Assembly (NCBI RefSeq): GCF_006345805.1 | Contig: NC_042999.1 | Location: 62,806,001-62,870,000, forward strand | Source: Octopus sinensis | Lineage: Eukaryota | Direction of reading: 5' to 3' | Length of the DNA stretch: 64,000 nucleotides | Part shown: positions 1 through 13,800 of the stretch, in pieces | Position numbering within the stretch: the stretch's first letter is position 1 | How the letters are laid out: every line of letters begins with the position of its first letter | Notes under the pieces: model-generated | What the model was told of the DNA's origin: nothing | Database searches by the model: none | Seen by the model: the letters and a program-made list of their open reading frames with translations, nothing else | Program-made: the position numbers and the translations under genes

Positions 1-203
1 GTGGGGATAAACACAGACACAAATATATACACACACATATACATACGACGGGTTTCTTTCAGTTTCCGTCTACCAAATCCACTCACAAGGCTTTGGTTGG
101 CCTGAGGCTATAGTAGAAGACACTTGCCCAAGGTGCCATACTGTGGGACTGAACCCGGAACTATGTGGTTCGTAAGCAAGCTATTTACCACACAGCCATT
201 CCT
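1..203 (-). mobile_element. tRNA-headed SINE family A with a CORE-like central segment (partial)
   Basis: A-box/B-box-like head, then GGCACCTTGGGCAAGTGTCTTC (resembles the CORE motif GACCTTGGGCAAG) and a CA/TA tract. Further copies near 4884-4980, 19620-19730, 44100-44220, 46596-46740. Confidence 0.85.
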
Positions 204-991
204 ATAGTAACAATATTAACCTAAAATCTATCATTTGTGATAATCATCATCATTTTAATGTCCAGTTTTCAATGCTTGAATGATGCACGGGTCAGAACGA
301 ACTCAATGAGGCAGATTTTCTATGGCCAGATGCCCCCGCCTGTTTCCAAAGCAAGGTAACAATTCCCAAGTCTATTGAACAAATAAACAGCCCGGTCATA
401 AGTTACCAGCCTCTTGTTTATAAAGCTCATGCAACATGTTAAGAAACTGGGATGCTTTCATGGTTGACTAAGCATACGAAACACCTGTATTCAATAGCGA
501 GGCTATTGATTTTTGTTTACAGAAACAAAGCATGTGAGGCAGACAAGGAGAAATCAAACACAGACACACACACATATATATATGTATGTATGTATGTATA
601 GACACACACATAAAAGGCTTCTTCACTTCTTGTCTGACTTACAAGGTATGATCAACCCATGATTTTAGTTTATGTAGGGGGACCTAACCCCTAATCATGT
701 GGTTCTGAAGTGTGCACTAATGTAAAAATTTGTTATTTATTCAGAATGTATCTTAATCTTTCAGTTCTTAGGTTGCCCACAAGAGAAACAACTATGTGAT
801 TATTCTGAGAGTAGTGTTTTTTGCAACTAATTTACATAAGTGAGCTGGTTTTGATTTCATTAGCAGTTGTTTAAGATCTCTTATGCAAATACCATTTAGA
901 AATGGAACAAAAATACTTAAGTATTGAATGGCATTAAAGACTGAGGCTCAACTCTAGTTGTGTAAAAAGAAGTGGATTAGTAATATATTTA

Positions 992-1365
992 CCTATTTCT
1001 TTACTACCCACAAGGGGCTAAACACAGAGAGGACAAACAAAGGGATTAAGTCAATTACATCGACCCCAGTGCATAACTGGTACTTAATTTATCGACCCCG
1101 AAAGGATGAAAGGCAAAGCCAACCTCGGCGGAATTTGAACTCAGAACGTAGCAGCCGACGAAATACCTATTTCTTTACTATCCACAAGGGGCTAAACACA
1201 GAGGGGACAAACAAGGACAGACAAAGGGATTAAGTCGATTACATCAACCCCAGTGCGTAACTGGTACTTAATTTATCGGCAGAATTTGAACTCAGAACGT
1301 AACGGCAGATGAAATACGGCTATGCATTTTTCCCAGCGTGCTAACATTTCTGCCAGCTCACTGCC
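992..1365 (-). mobile_element. tRNA-headed SINE family C, partially dimeric copy
   Basis: Head GGC..GAGCTGGCAGAA, B-box GAGTTCAAATTC, body GCCTTTCATCCTTTCGGGGTCGATAAATTAAGTACCAG; flanked by a 23-nt direct repeat with 1 mismatch. Confidence 0.85.
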
Positions 1366-1489
1366 TTGTGGAGTAGTAATATATTTACCTTCTGCATTGT
1401 ACGTTGGTCTATCACATAAAATTCCCTGATGATCTGGTACCCAATGAATTGGTGAACTGAGGCAATCTCACCTCTTGCTACAGTCATAA

Positions 1490-1757
1490 ACCGACTGCCG
1501 GTGACGCCTGGCTGGCGTCGGTGTCACGTAAAAGCACCTATCGATCATGGCCATTTGCCAGCTTGCTCTGGCCCTTGTGCCGGTGGCACATAAGAAACAC
1601 CCACTACACTCACGGAGTGGTTGGCGTTAGGAAGAGCATCCAGCTGTAGAAACACTGCCAAATCAGACTAGAGCCTGGTGCAGCCTCCATGGCTTCCAGA
1701 CCCCGGTCGAACCATCCAATCCATGCTAGCATGGAAAACGGACGTTAAATGATGATG
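1490..1757 (+). mobile_element. Family B element: RTE LINE 3'-UTR-derived copy with (GAT)n tail
   Basis: Shares the GGAAGGGCATCCAGC...GCTAGCATGGAAAACGGACG-(GAT)n end with the LINE at 57246-58580. Confidence 0.85.
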
Positions 1758-2069
1758 ATCTTACAGTTTATTTTTAGTTACTGTCTTCTGGATAACACAC
1801 AGTTCTAAGAAGTTACACTCTGAAACTGAATACTGAAGAAACAGTGCTGTAGCTGACTCATTATCATTAACTTTATGAATTTCTTGAGGACTTCGTTAGA
1901 CCAATTCATTTAAATTTAGCCTACATCAAAAACCAAGTGTTGTAATGGTGACAATGTCAGTAAAATTTATTAAAATTTAAGAATAGATTTAGCTCAAATG
2001 GTCTTATTTTCAGCTACTATAACAGAGCTTTTAATGTGTATACCGAGTGAACACTGAAATCAAACTTAC

Positions 2070-2158
2070 CCTTTGAGCAATTGCAAAACTGTCACATCGT
2101 ATATAGGGAGGAGCTTTGATTGAATTCTTCTTGACAAATTTCACATAGTAGTTGTCAT
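2070..2158 (-). CDS. VPS13D: VPS13D exon (N)DNYYVKFVKK...AIAQR, presumed penultimate
   Basis: Acceptor TTTGTAG|, donor AGG|GTAAGT, 89 nt; aligns to VYVQVTKK...LAVK. Confidence 0.88.
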
Positions 2159-5100
2159 CTACAAATAAAAAAGTTTATTATTTGATATTCAGCATATCCA
2201 TTATAAATTGCATTAGCTTGATAATTCTCATATGTTCAATATAAAAGAGATGGGGAGTCCAGATCTCAGGATGCTGAGTTTTACAGATAAGATTAAAATC
2301 AAAGAAAATAGAGATAAACAACAGACCTGTCCTGCTCATGTGAGCATAAAAATAAGATGTTAAAATGCTGATGACAACCAATAGAAAACACCTTGAATTG
2401 GAGACAACTTTTAAATAAAGAAGTTCTGCTTGTGATAGAGATACTATAAAACATAGTAAATTAGACCTTTAGATAGGTCTACCTATTACAGGTCTAGATA
2501 ACCCACAAAGACATAAAATATGTGTGATAGGTTGGCCTCAGAAGAAAAATATAGTTCAGGTCCACAGAATCATAATATAAATATATATATATTTTTTTAT
2601 GTTGGAATCTTAGACAAGACACTGCACTTGCTCTAGTTTATCCAACTTAGCAAAGAGTTGGAATTAACTGGTATAACTATAAAGATTAGGCATATCATGA
2701 TCTTCGAGCTCCGTTTAAATCTTTCCAGTAAGAACACCACCAAGAAAGTAAAATATTTTCTTTTTGTTTCAATAAAATGTTCAATAGCAGTATATGAGGC
2801 AGTGTCAGTTCAACTGTACAAAGTTAATAGGATGTTCTCCGTGCTTTGGGGACGTAACAAACACCATCCGATCGTGGCCGTCCGCCAGCCTCATCTGGCA
2901 CCTGTGTCGGTGGCACATAAAATCACCCACTACACTCTCGGAGTGGTTGGCGTTAGGAAGGGCATCCAGCTGTAGAAACACTGCCAGATCTGACTGGCCT
3001 GGTGCAGCCTTCGGGCTCCCCAGACCCCAGTTGAACCGTCCAACCCATGCTAGCATGGAAAACGGACGCTAAATGATGATGATGATGATGAAGTTTTGTA
3101 GTTTTGAGTCAAACCAGCAAATTAGATGCCAAATCATTATGCTTTCAACATTTAATCTGTTTTCCACAAAGAAAAATAAAATAACTAAAAGGTGGAATTT
3201 TGCAAGCAATCATTGTATAACAGATACAATAGTTAACTTGTTCCAAAACATAAACATGGTTCAAATTGGAATAAAGTTATACTAATAATACAAGAATGAT
3301 AATTAAACAATACAGATATAAGTCAACAGAAAATACATACTTTTAGAAACAGGCATACAAAATTGGATATCCCGATGGTCAATCTTATAATCAACGCTCT
3401 GATGGTCAGAAGTTTTATCACACATGAGAAAGTAGACTTTTTTGTTTGTGATGAGGGCACACCACTGTCGACTGCTGTCTTTACGGACTTGCTCCCAAGC
3501 AATGAAACTGGAAAAGATGGTATTAGGTAGAGACATCAAAAATAAAATATTGTGTAAGAAGATATGAGGTACAACTGACTAAAGATAAACACAGCAAATA
3601 ATAACTTAATGCTGATTTCATACTCATGGTCTCAATCTCCTCGACTTCCCTCATAGGTGTCATCTACATGTGACCTTGACAACTCATGCCTAACTTGCCC
3701 TGAATAGAGACCAGCAAAATATCCTCTAATGTGTATGGGATAATTTAGTTTCTTTCAACAGAGCGAGACAGTCATTACACATTAAGGAAATGATCTTATA
3801 CTATGCTCTTACTACACATAAACACAGCAAAAATTTAAAAAATTGCAACAAATGTCAGTTCTTACTATTTCTGATACCTTATGGCAACCTCCCTCTTTCA
3901 CTCACATAAATGCACTCCACACTCCACTTAATAATAATAATAACGAAAAGCATGTTTGAAAGTACATCAGCTCTATGCAGGTTGTCGACACTCTTCATTA
4001 GAGTACATCTCATATCAGTGTCGGTGTGCTTGTTACTACGACTACATGCTGATAATGTGACAATCACCAACCCATAGACATACTGTTTCTTTTACTTCTG
4101 CTCCTCTAATCTAGCAAGCTGCACATAAAGCCCACTTCTCTTCTTGTCAATACTGACTCACACAACATATTTTCTTCAAACTTTTTCCTTCAGAACTGCA
4201 TATGATCTTTCATGATTTTATTCTCATATTTTTCTTACATTTAACCTATAAACCAATGGGGGGAGCCTCTAGTCATTGCATAAGTGAGAAATAGTATCAA
4301 AATCTCCCTCAACTCATACCTTAAAAAAAAAAGGAAGGATACACTGTATGATATATGTAGTCCTAGATATACGAGGGGCATTCAATAAGTAATGCCCCTG
4401 ACCCACTTCCCATAGCAGTAGAGCAACGAAACTTGGCACAGTTATTAGTCTTTTTCTACACAGAAACCACCCAGAGTTACGCATTTCTCCCATCGTCTGA
4501 TGCAGCTCTGGAGACCGTTTTTGTAGAAGACCCCAGCTTAGTCCTCCAACCACGACATGACTTCAGAAATCAAGGCTGCATCATCTGGGAAACACTTTCC
4601 TTTCAAAAACAACTTCATGGCTGGGAAGAGGTGAAAATCAGAGGGTGCAAGGTCAGGAGAGTAGGGGGGGATGGGGGAGGAGTTCATAGCCGCACGCCTG
4701 TGCTTCTGATCTGGCGACACGTGAGTTGTGGACCGGAGCGTTGTCCTGCAGGAGGAGGATGCCTTTGCTGATCTTGCCCCACCTCTTGATTTTGATAGCT
4801 TCTCTTAATTTCCTCAAAAGTGAAGCATAATAGGTTCCTGTAATTGTGGTACCCTTTGCCAGGAAATCTGTCATCACTACTCCGAGGCTATAGTAGAAGA
4901 CACTTGCCCAAGGTGCCACGCATTGGGACTGAACCTGGAACCATGTGGTTGGTAAGCAAGCTACTTACCACTCCTGTGCCTATATTCCATGCGTGGAATA
5001 AAAATACATTTATCCTTTATTTGTTTCAATCAGTGGACTGTAGCAATGCTGGGGTATTGCCTTGAAGGGTTTTTAATCAAACAAATTAATACCAGTATTT

Positions 5101-5249
5101 ATTATTGTTTTTAAAGTCCAGTACTAATTCTATCAGTCTCCTTTACTTCTTGGGTTTAATTCAAATTTGTAATGAAACCTAAAAATAAACATTTACAGGG
5201 ATGTGAACAAACTAATGCCAATAGTCAAGCAGTGGTGGGGGATACACAT

Positions 5250-5285
<36 letters not shown>

Positions 5286-7816
5286 GATGGTCTTCTTTGA
5301 GTTTCCATCAGCCAGATTCACTCAAAAGGCTTTGGTTGGCCCAGGGCTATAGTAGAAGATAGTTGTCCTGGTACACAGTGGGACTGAACCTGAAACCATG
5401 AGGTTGGAAAGTAAACTTGTTACCATACAGCCATGCCTGCACTTCAGGTATTGAATAAAATGTAAAACAAATGCCTATAAAATCTGTTTGTAAAAGAGCT
5501 TTGGAGATAAAAAGTAATACCCAGCATGAGGGTAGGCCCATCGCCCATCAATCCAGAAGTTTCCTTCACCTTGTCTTTGAGGCAAATCCACCATTCACCA
5601 CCAAATATCCAGGCCTGTTGCAACTTCACTATATTACTCATTTTTGCTAATTGACTGGACTAGAGCAATGTGAAACCAAGTGTTTTGTCAAGAAGACAAT
5701 GCATCACAGAGTCCAGGAATCAAAACCACAATCTTATGATCACAAGTCCAATACCCTAACCACTAAGCCATGCACCTCTACAGCTCTGAGGGATAAAAAA
5801 ATGGTGTGATATGAAATACTCATGAAAAGATGTAAATAATACTCACAATTCATCAAAATGGTTGCTGTTGAGAAGGTGGATGTTTCTTTGTTGTTTAGCA
5901 TGGTTAACATTATAGTTTGGTAGGAGACCACCCAGTCCATGACAGCAACGTGGCTCACGAATTCGAACCTGGATCTTGTAAGATCGTCGACTTGTCTCCC
6001 GCGCAGCAGTAGCAGCAGCTGTGGCAAAGTCCAGTACTCCAGTGACAGGCTTGATTACAGTGCCAACTAATCCTTTACTCAAACCAGTGAAAAACCCCTT
6101 CAAGAAACAGTTGATAGAAAATGAGCTTAAGAGGGTTTTCTGTTTTAATTCTCTTTTAAGTAGTTTTTATTTATCTTAAATTTTTGCTTTCTTTTTACAA
6201 GTTTTAATTAACTTCAATTTTTATTAATTTATACCATAAATATACAATACAGACAGAGGCCTACACAAAGTAACTTTGGAAGTAACTTCAAAGTGACACA
6301 TACAACTATCTATATCCATTTTATGTGTGTGTGTCTCTTCAATAATAAGATCACTGATTGGAAATTACTAGATTAATTAGTATATAATGCAATAGCAATA
6401 AATAGTTAGATAAATAACAATATTAATTACTATACTTTATAGTAATAATTGACTAGATTAATACTTACTCCAAAACCATCATCTCGTGTCCCTTCATATG
6501 TTTGGTTGACAACACTCGTCAAACCACCGACAAGTCCAATTACCAGACTTTTGCAACCAGCTTTCAGATGGTCAGAAGAATGACCAGTGGAACGTTCTGA
6601 AAGTATCTGGGTTCGTTTCTTCAAATGCTTCTCATCCATAGCTGCTATAGTCAATCCATCAGATAAGGAGCTGGTCACCTACAGATTTAGGGAGATTAAG
6701 AAAATGTATTTATCTCACATGCAGTGTTGTTATATAAAATGAATTATCCACCCTTTCTACAATAAGAGGTATCCTTTAATGGTGATTAGCCCTACTTATT
6801 TCTGGTGGGAGAGGGGGGAGGGCAATCATTTATATCCATCCTGTAACTTTAACTGATGCTTATTGATCTCACAAAAATGAAAGTCAAAGCTGACCTTAAG
6901 TAATAGGCTTAGCAGTTAAATTTTTTTTTAATGAAGCCATGTCAGATGGCAGTTAACTTCAGTGTAGCTGCCCCCCCCCCCCCCCCAAGATCCCAAGATA
7001 AGGTCCTACTTCTGGCCTAGAAAATAACAGTAAAAATAATAAAAATAGGTTTTGCAAAAAGAAAAAAAAAGTTTTAAAAAAAGTAAGACTCTGACCTTGG
7101 CAGTAGAGTTTGACACACCATGAGTGACATTTTTCAGCAGTCCACCAAAATTACCATCTTTGATGAGGCCTGAAATACCTTCAGTGAAGTCATTGAACAA
7201 ACCAAGAGGATTCCCTAGAAAGTCTATAGAACCCAAGATCTTGGCAGCTTGACTTTTCAGTTCCTGCAAGGAAGTTACAGACAGATATGGTATTTTATAT
7301 TGAACAGCTTTGGTTTACTCAACATTATTAATTCCACATTATTGCTGAAGTCATAAGAATTTATAAACAGTCAAGAGAATGTAGAAGAATTTTTTTTTCT
7401 TTTTCTTTTTTTTTTAAAATTGGATCTTGATGTACATATAAAACAGTTAACAACAGCAGGTAAATATTGGGTGGGAAAACCCTTTTGGATAGAGAAAGTT
7501 GAAAACCATCTGTTTTCATATTTTTACAGTCAGTAACATAAAAAACACAATTGAGCAACAATAATAACACCTTTATAATTTGCCCCTAGTAGTAAAGAGG
7601 GACCATACAAGCATATTAGAGAGCTTATATGTAATTATTCTACTTCAAATCATAACCCTACTGTCCTCTAAAAGAGTACATAGGATAATGTAGACATTAT
7701 ACTTTGAAGATAAAAAATAGGTGGCATCTTGGGCAAGTATCTTCTACTATAGCTTCGGGCCGACCAAAGCCTTGTGAGTGGATTTGGTAGATGGAAACTG
7801 AAAGAAGCCCGTCACA

Positions 7817-7866
<50 letters not shown>

Positions 7867-10800
7867 TGTACCCCCCAACATCGCTTGACAACCGATGCTG
7901 GTGTATTTACGTCCCTGTAACTGAGCGGTTCAGCAAAAGAGACCGATAGAATAAGTACTAGGCTTACAAAGAACAAGTCCTGGGGTCGATTTGCTCGACT
8001 AAAGGCGGTGCTCCAGCATGACCGCAGTCAAATGACTGAAACAAGTAAAAGAGAGTGTAGTTCATTTCTAAATTAGACTGGTGTTAGAGCTTATAACATG
8101 ATCCTGATATAAAATAGATAATTATTTGTTAGTAGGTGTTGTTGAGTCAACAGTTTGATGCCTCAGGTACTAGCTCTCTTACCAATTCCTTTGGAGTTAG
8201 TGTTGCTGTTGTTTATCAGTTTAGGTACATAAAGACATGCTTCAGATGCACCAGATTACCACCTCCCCTCAATGCATGTACCACTCTGAATGGTAACTGG
8301 ACTGTTTTAAAATATTTAAGAGGTCATAGATTTTCTCTCAAGAACATTCGGACTTTCTAGAGCTCCAAATGCTGTCATGCCTCATGCATTTAATGCAATG
8401 TCTCTTTTCTGTGTGAGCTTTATCTACTGGAGATTTGAGGCTCAACACTGCACACCTATAAAATACTCATCAATTAGACATTGTTTCTGCTGCCTGTAGC
8501 AATACAATGCAGCTCGCTTTATGTTTATGATTTTACCTAAAGAAACGGTTGATGTTGCTGGGACTCTTTGTATTACTTCTAATGACATTAAGTGTCAGGA
8601 GAAGGTGCAATCAAATTGCTTGGCCATTGCTTTTATTTATCATATGTGAACATGCCTCCACCCACCCTGGCATCTGAGACCCCCTTCGGTCATGACACAG
8701 AACACGGGATTGCACCTAGAAAGTTACCTTCCCAGGCAAAAGTCCAGGCAAGGTTGTTTATAGAAGACCAGTAGTCGCCCATGCATACTGGTCTCCCCTC
8801 TCCATGCCACTAATGTTATCCAAAGGAAAGACAAAGGCTGATACAGCTTGGCACCTGTGATGTCGCAACTCATTTCTACAGCTGAGTGAACTGGAGCAAC
8901 GTGAAATAAAGCGTCTTGCTCAAGAACTCAACATGCAGCCTGGTCCGGGATTCAAGCTCACAACCTCACGATCGTAAGCTCGACGCTCTAACCACTGAGC
9001 CATGTGCCTTCACACCCACCCTGGCATAATGTCTATATAATCCTATGTGACTTTTTAGTAGATTTGACCAGCTATTTACAATCATCTTGATAAATTTAAC
9101 TTCCCTTCTCCACTAAACTGTATATCATATCAAAATTCAAATTGTATGTAATACGAACTAAGTACTGAAGATTCTAACAAAACATTGAATTGCACAGTTC
9201 TTTACTTTACTTCTTGGGGTTTAAGTCAAATTTTTAACTAAAAAGAAAAATAAACATTTCTTACATCAGTGTAGTGAGATTTTATCTCATTAATTAGAAA
9301 TGTGCTCGTTTCAAAGACATGTTGTCGGACATAGGCATCTGAAATTGAAGAAAGAAAAATGGCTTTATAATAACAGAAAAACTGATTTAATGATAAAACA
9401 GAATAAACTTAAAGAAATGTTAAAATTCAAATGATGATAAATTACTTGTCCTCAAACTTAGATTGTCAATGAAGTAGCACAATATAGGTAAAAGAAAGAA
9501 AGAAATATACAAATACTGACCCAAATCAACTGTTGCATCTTCAAAGCTTATCCACCGAAGAGATAGTTTATTTTTAATCGCTTTTAATTCTGGTGGCAAA
9601 GTAGGTGCAGTGAGCATGCTCAGTGAGATACGGTGGGTGTTCAACCGGAGAAGGCCAAAGAAGTAACGCTTGTTGTGAGGAGGGCTAGCAGCAGCTTGGA
9701 GAACAGGCCTACAACAGAAATCTGAGACAGTTAGCCAAGGCGACTAATGTGGGCGGGACATAAGCAACTAAAGAGGGCACAGGACTGAAAATGAAGCCTT
9801 TGATCATGCAAATAATGCAGTCCTTGCTTGTGACTCAATACACAGCTTTGCTTAAGTTCACTAACATGTGAAGCAGAACTCAAAAACTCAAAGAAAAGCC
9901 CTTTTCAATATCTAATTTAAGAATGGAATCTCTATTTAAGAAATCAGTAATAATTTCCAGTAAGTATTTGCTTGGTTATCTTTTCAAGCAAAAATTCAGG
10001 AAAACAGTAAAAGTGAAGATATTGAAGTAACTTACATAAAATGTATCAAACTTAACTACAGGAGTAAAGCAATTTCCTTAACTAGTCCTACCTACATAGT
10101 GACATGAGGAGGAACATATTAAAGTTAATTAAAGTATACTATAAGGTTTTCAAACATTCATTCTTATTCTTTTATATATCTCCACCAGCTTATCTTTAAT
10201 TTACAGTGCAGAAACCAGGGACAGCAGACATGTTGCAAGGCAATTGAAGTGAAATTTCAGGGTTTTGTGGGAGGGGGGTTCATTCTGTAAAACTCTGACT
10301 AGGTTTAGGATTATTGGTGCAGCAATGAAGAGGGCCAGAAGGCCATAAATTCCATCACAGAAGCTGCAGAAAAGACTACTAGGTAGCTTTGGGTTAAGAG
10401 GGCAGACCAGTGATTTACTGCTGCTGGCATGCAAGTTGGGATTCGATCAATCTCAGCTAGCTCAACTAAGCAAAGGGATCAGATGTTGAAAGACACAAAG
10501 CCCATTAAGGTCCCAGAAACATCATTGATGAGGCATCCTACAGCATCCATGAAATCTATCGTGGAACAGATTGCTTCAAACATCACCACTGTTGCAATGT
10601 CTGCATTGTTTCTCCATGGTTGCATGATCTGTACAAGATTACAGTACACCATATCACAACTCAAAAGTATCATTTGTCATTTAATCTGTGAGGCTCAGAA
10701 TCCTATGGCTTAACTTCACCACTTCATATGTCTTACACTATCCCAGGTACTTTCTGCTGTTAGCACAAGGCACATTTCCACCCAACATTCATCATCAAAG

Positions 10801-13800
10801 TCATTTCTCCCGCATACATCAAGACACTTTTACTACCTTTACAAGGTAATTACTAGAATTTGAGGATGCTAACAGCTGACTGTAATAGAAAGATTTAATA
10901 AAACACAAGGAAAAAAAAAACAAAGTCATATTAGGCTGCTGTGGGTAATATCCAATGTTTTTGTTAGAAACCTTCATTGTCAATAACATTGGGTGTTTCT
11001 TTTCATTAGAACACATTTCATTATCGGTTTTTAATATATTTACATTGGACAACTTATCAACTTATAGTAAATATGTTATTTTAAAGGCACAATGACTGTG
11101 TGGTTAAAATGCTTAACTATAGGTTATATGGTCAGAAGTTCAACCCTAGGTAAGGTAACACCATTTGCTGATAGGATGCAAAAGAGGTTTCACTCCTACT
11201 TCATAGCTGAATGACTGCCAACAAGAATCTACCCAGCTATGAAAACAGTTGCTCTAAAAGGAAACACAAACAAAAACAAAAAAAACACCCATCTCATCTA
11301 TGCTCGGATGGAAAAATGAATGTAAAAGAAGAAAAAATATTGTGAAGAAGAAAATACAACATTATTGTAGTTGCTTCTCAAGAAAGTGTCAGACAAAATG
11401 CATTTAGAGTTTTTAATTTTGTCACTTTGTGCTCTGAGTTCAAATACTGTTCAAATCAGTTTGATTCAACCCTCTGAGTCTCGGGTTGATTAAATCAATA
11501 CCTATCACATACTGATATTTAAATCATATAGTCTATCTGCCTCCATGCAAACGCTCACAGATTGTGACCCAGCACCAACATTTAAAAAATCATTATTATT
11601 ACATTGATTTGTATAGTTTAGAATTACTAGTCTGTTCAAAGATGACATTTGGAAATTTTTGATTAAACATGCACCATAACAAACCAACACATCAACCCCT
11701 ATATACTGTGCATAAACCAGTCAGTCCTGCATGAGCTTCATAAAGTGGAGGCAAGAAAGTATGCACTGTACAAAATAAAAGGAAAACCAAACCCATTGAG
11801 CAGAGCCTTTCTTCTATTGAGAGGGATGTTAGAGTTGTGCAATCAAGATTAAGGTGAAACACTTTATTGTAGAAGACAGTCAACATTTCTTAGAATATCT
11901 ACTACTTAGTCTGTTAGAAAGGAAACTATTCTATCCCATGAGAAACAATGCAGTTTGAAAGATTTGGAGGGAGTAAACTGCTTTAATTTGTCAGGAAGAG
12001 AATGAATTGATTTGCTAAGAATATAGCATAGTAAATCTACCAAACCTGTCTTTAATAACATGACAATGCTAATAATAATAATAATGATACAGTTCTATAT
12101 TTAAAAGATGAGGAATTATGTACATTATTTATATTTGATGGATATTTGTCCTCATCTTGTTTGTTGTTAGCACAACGTTTTGGCTGATATACCCTCCAGC
12201 CTTCATAGGGTGCCTTGGGGAAATTTCGAACCTGGGTTCTCATTCCTAAGGTATTTTCCAATATTATTATTATTCAAGTCACAGCCTGGAATTGAACTTG
12301 GAATTTTGGGGTTAGTAGCCTGTGCCGCCGCCGTCATCATCATCGAAAATTACCTTATGAATGAAAACCCAGGTCCAAAATTTCCCCAAGACACCTGATG
12401 ACAGCTGGAGGGTATATCAGCCGAAACGTGTTAACAACAAACAAGATGAGGACAAACATCCGTTGAATGTAAATAAATAAATAATAATAATGGTTTCAAA
12501 TTTTGCCACAAGGGCAACAATTTGGGAGGAGGGAGTAAGTCGATTTCATCAACTCCGGTGTTTCACTGCTACTTAATTTATTGACCCTGAAAGGATGAAA
12601 GGCGAAGTTGACCTCGGGGAAATTTGAATTCAGAATGTAACAATGGGCGAAATACTGCTGAGCATTTCATCCAGCATGCTAACAATTCAGCCAGCAAGCC
12701 ACCTTAGTAATAATAATAATAATCCTTTCTACTATAGGCACAAGGCCTGGAATTTGTGGGGAGGAGTTCATTTGTTTCCATCAACCCCAGTGCTTGAGTG
12801 GTACTTAAAAGGATGAAAGGCAAAGTTGATTTAAATGGAATTTGAACTCAGAACGTAACAATGAACAAAATGCCTCTAAACATTTTGTCCAGTGTGCAGA
12901 CGATTCTGCCAGCTTGCTGCTTTAATAATAAGAACAATTTCTTATATTAGCCACAGGGGCATAAATGACAGGGACATCACAAGGACAAACAATTTATGTG
13001 GAGATTTATATAAAGGATGGGCAAAAAGAAATGGAAAAGATGGTGAAATGCAATAAAAATATACATTGTATACAAAGTATGTGATAACATGATGCAGTCC
13101 TCCTGATACAGGAGAAACTCCAGCTAGGGCCAGTCAAGAAACCCTACAGAGCCAGGATTACCAAAGGCACAAACCCTCTTTCATGCTCTTCAATCTACAG
13201 GTACATACTTAGAGTAATAAGGTTCTTTGACATCTGTGGTTGGGACTTGGGTGCATTTTCTATAAATCAAAGCAAAGGCAAAAACAAGGATAATAACTAG
13301 CAGTACCCATGGAAGTTATGGTTATTTGCAAAATTGTAAGATGCTTGGAAGTTTAGAGAGAACCATGAAGTATATATATATATATATTGAAACTGTATTT
13401 TGCTTGAAGTATTTGATTCTGATGATGGTGTAAATATCCACCTAAGTAGAATTAAATGTGACAACATTTCTGAAAATTATAGTCCTTGATATACACCTGT
13501 CATCTCTTTCACCTTGAGAGTTGTTATTAATTATTTTTCACTTTATGTTAAGAAGTAAACAATTTTAACTATGGAACAAAATCTAACACATAATGTATAT
13601 TATTCAGCTACTATAAAACTATATTGGTAAAACTTTAACAAATCTTAATACACTGTATTATATCTATAATTTCATATCAAAGAAAAAGTTCAAATGGCTA
13701 GATTTGAACCCATAGTTCCAGTATGTGAAGTACAATAGCTGCTCTACTAAGTTGTGGATTCTCAAAAATAAAGTTTGGTAATCATGGTGAAATGGTTAAG

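Noticed and set aside
958-1233. Recurring short ORFs with shared peptides (e.g. DALPNANH, LNSEH)
   Set aside because: Chance translations of SINE-C and family B repeats, not a gene family.
1-2069. Candidate terminal VPS13D exons (acceptor-like sites near 1920, 1477 and 484)
   Set aside because: They give AKFK*, an 89-nt non-homologous segment, or VFRMLSQP*. None resembles the conserved xSQxINYAK end, so the last exon probably lies left of the window; a divergent short end cannot be excluded.
8940-9013. tRNA-gene-like sequences (also about 39970-40042 and 42460-42530)
   Set aside because: SINE heads: they continue into SINE bodies, lack a complete acceptor stem, and one has a TSD.
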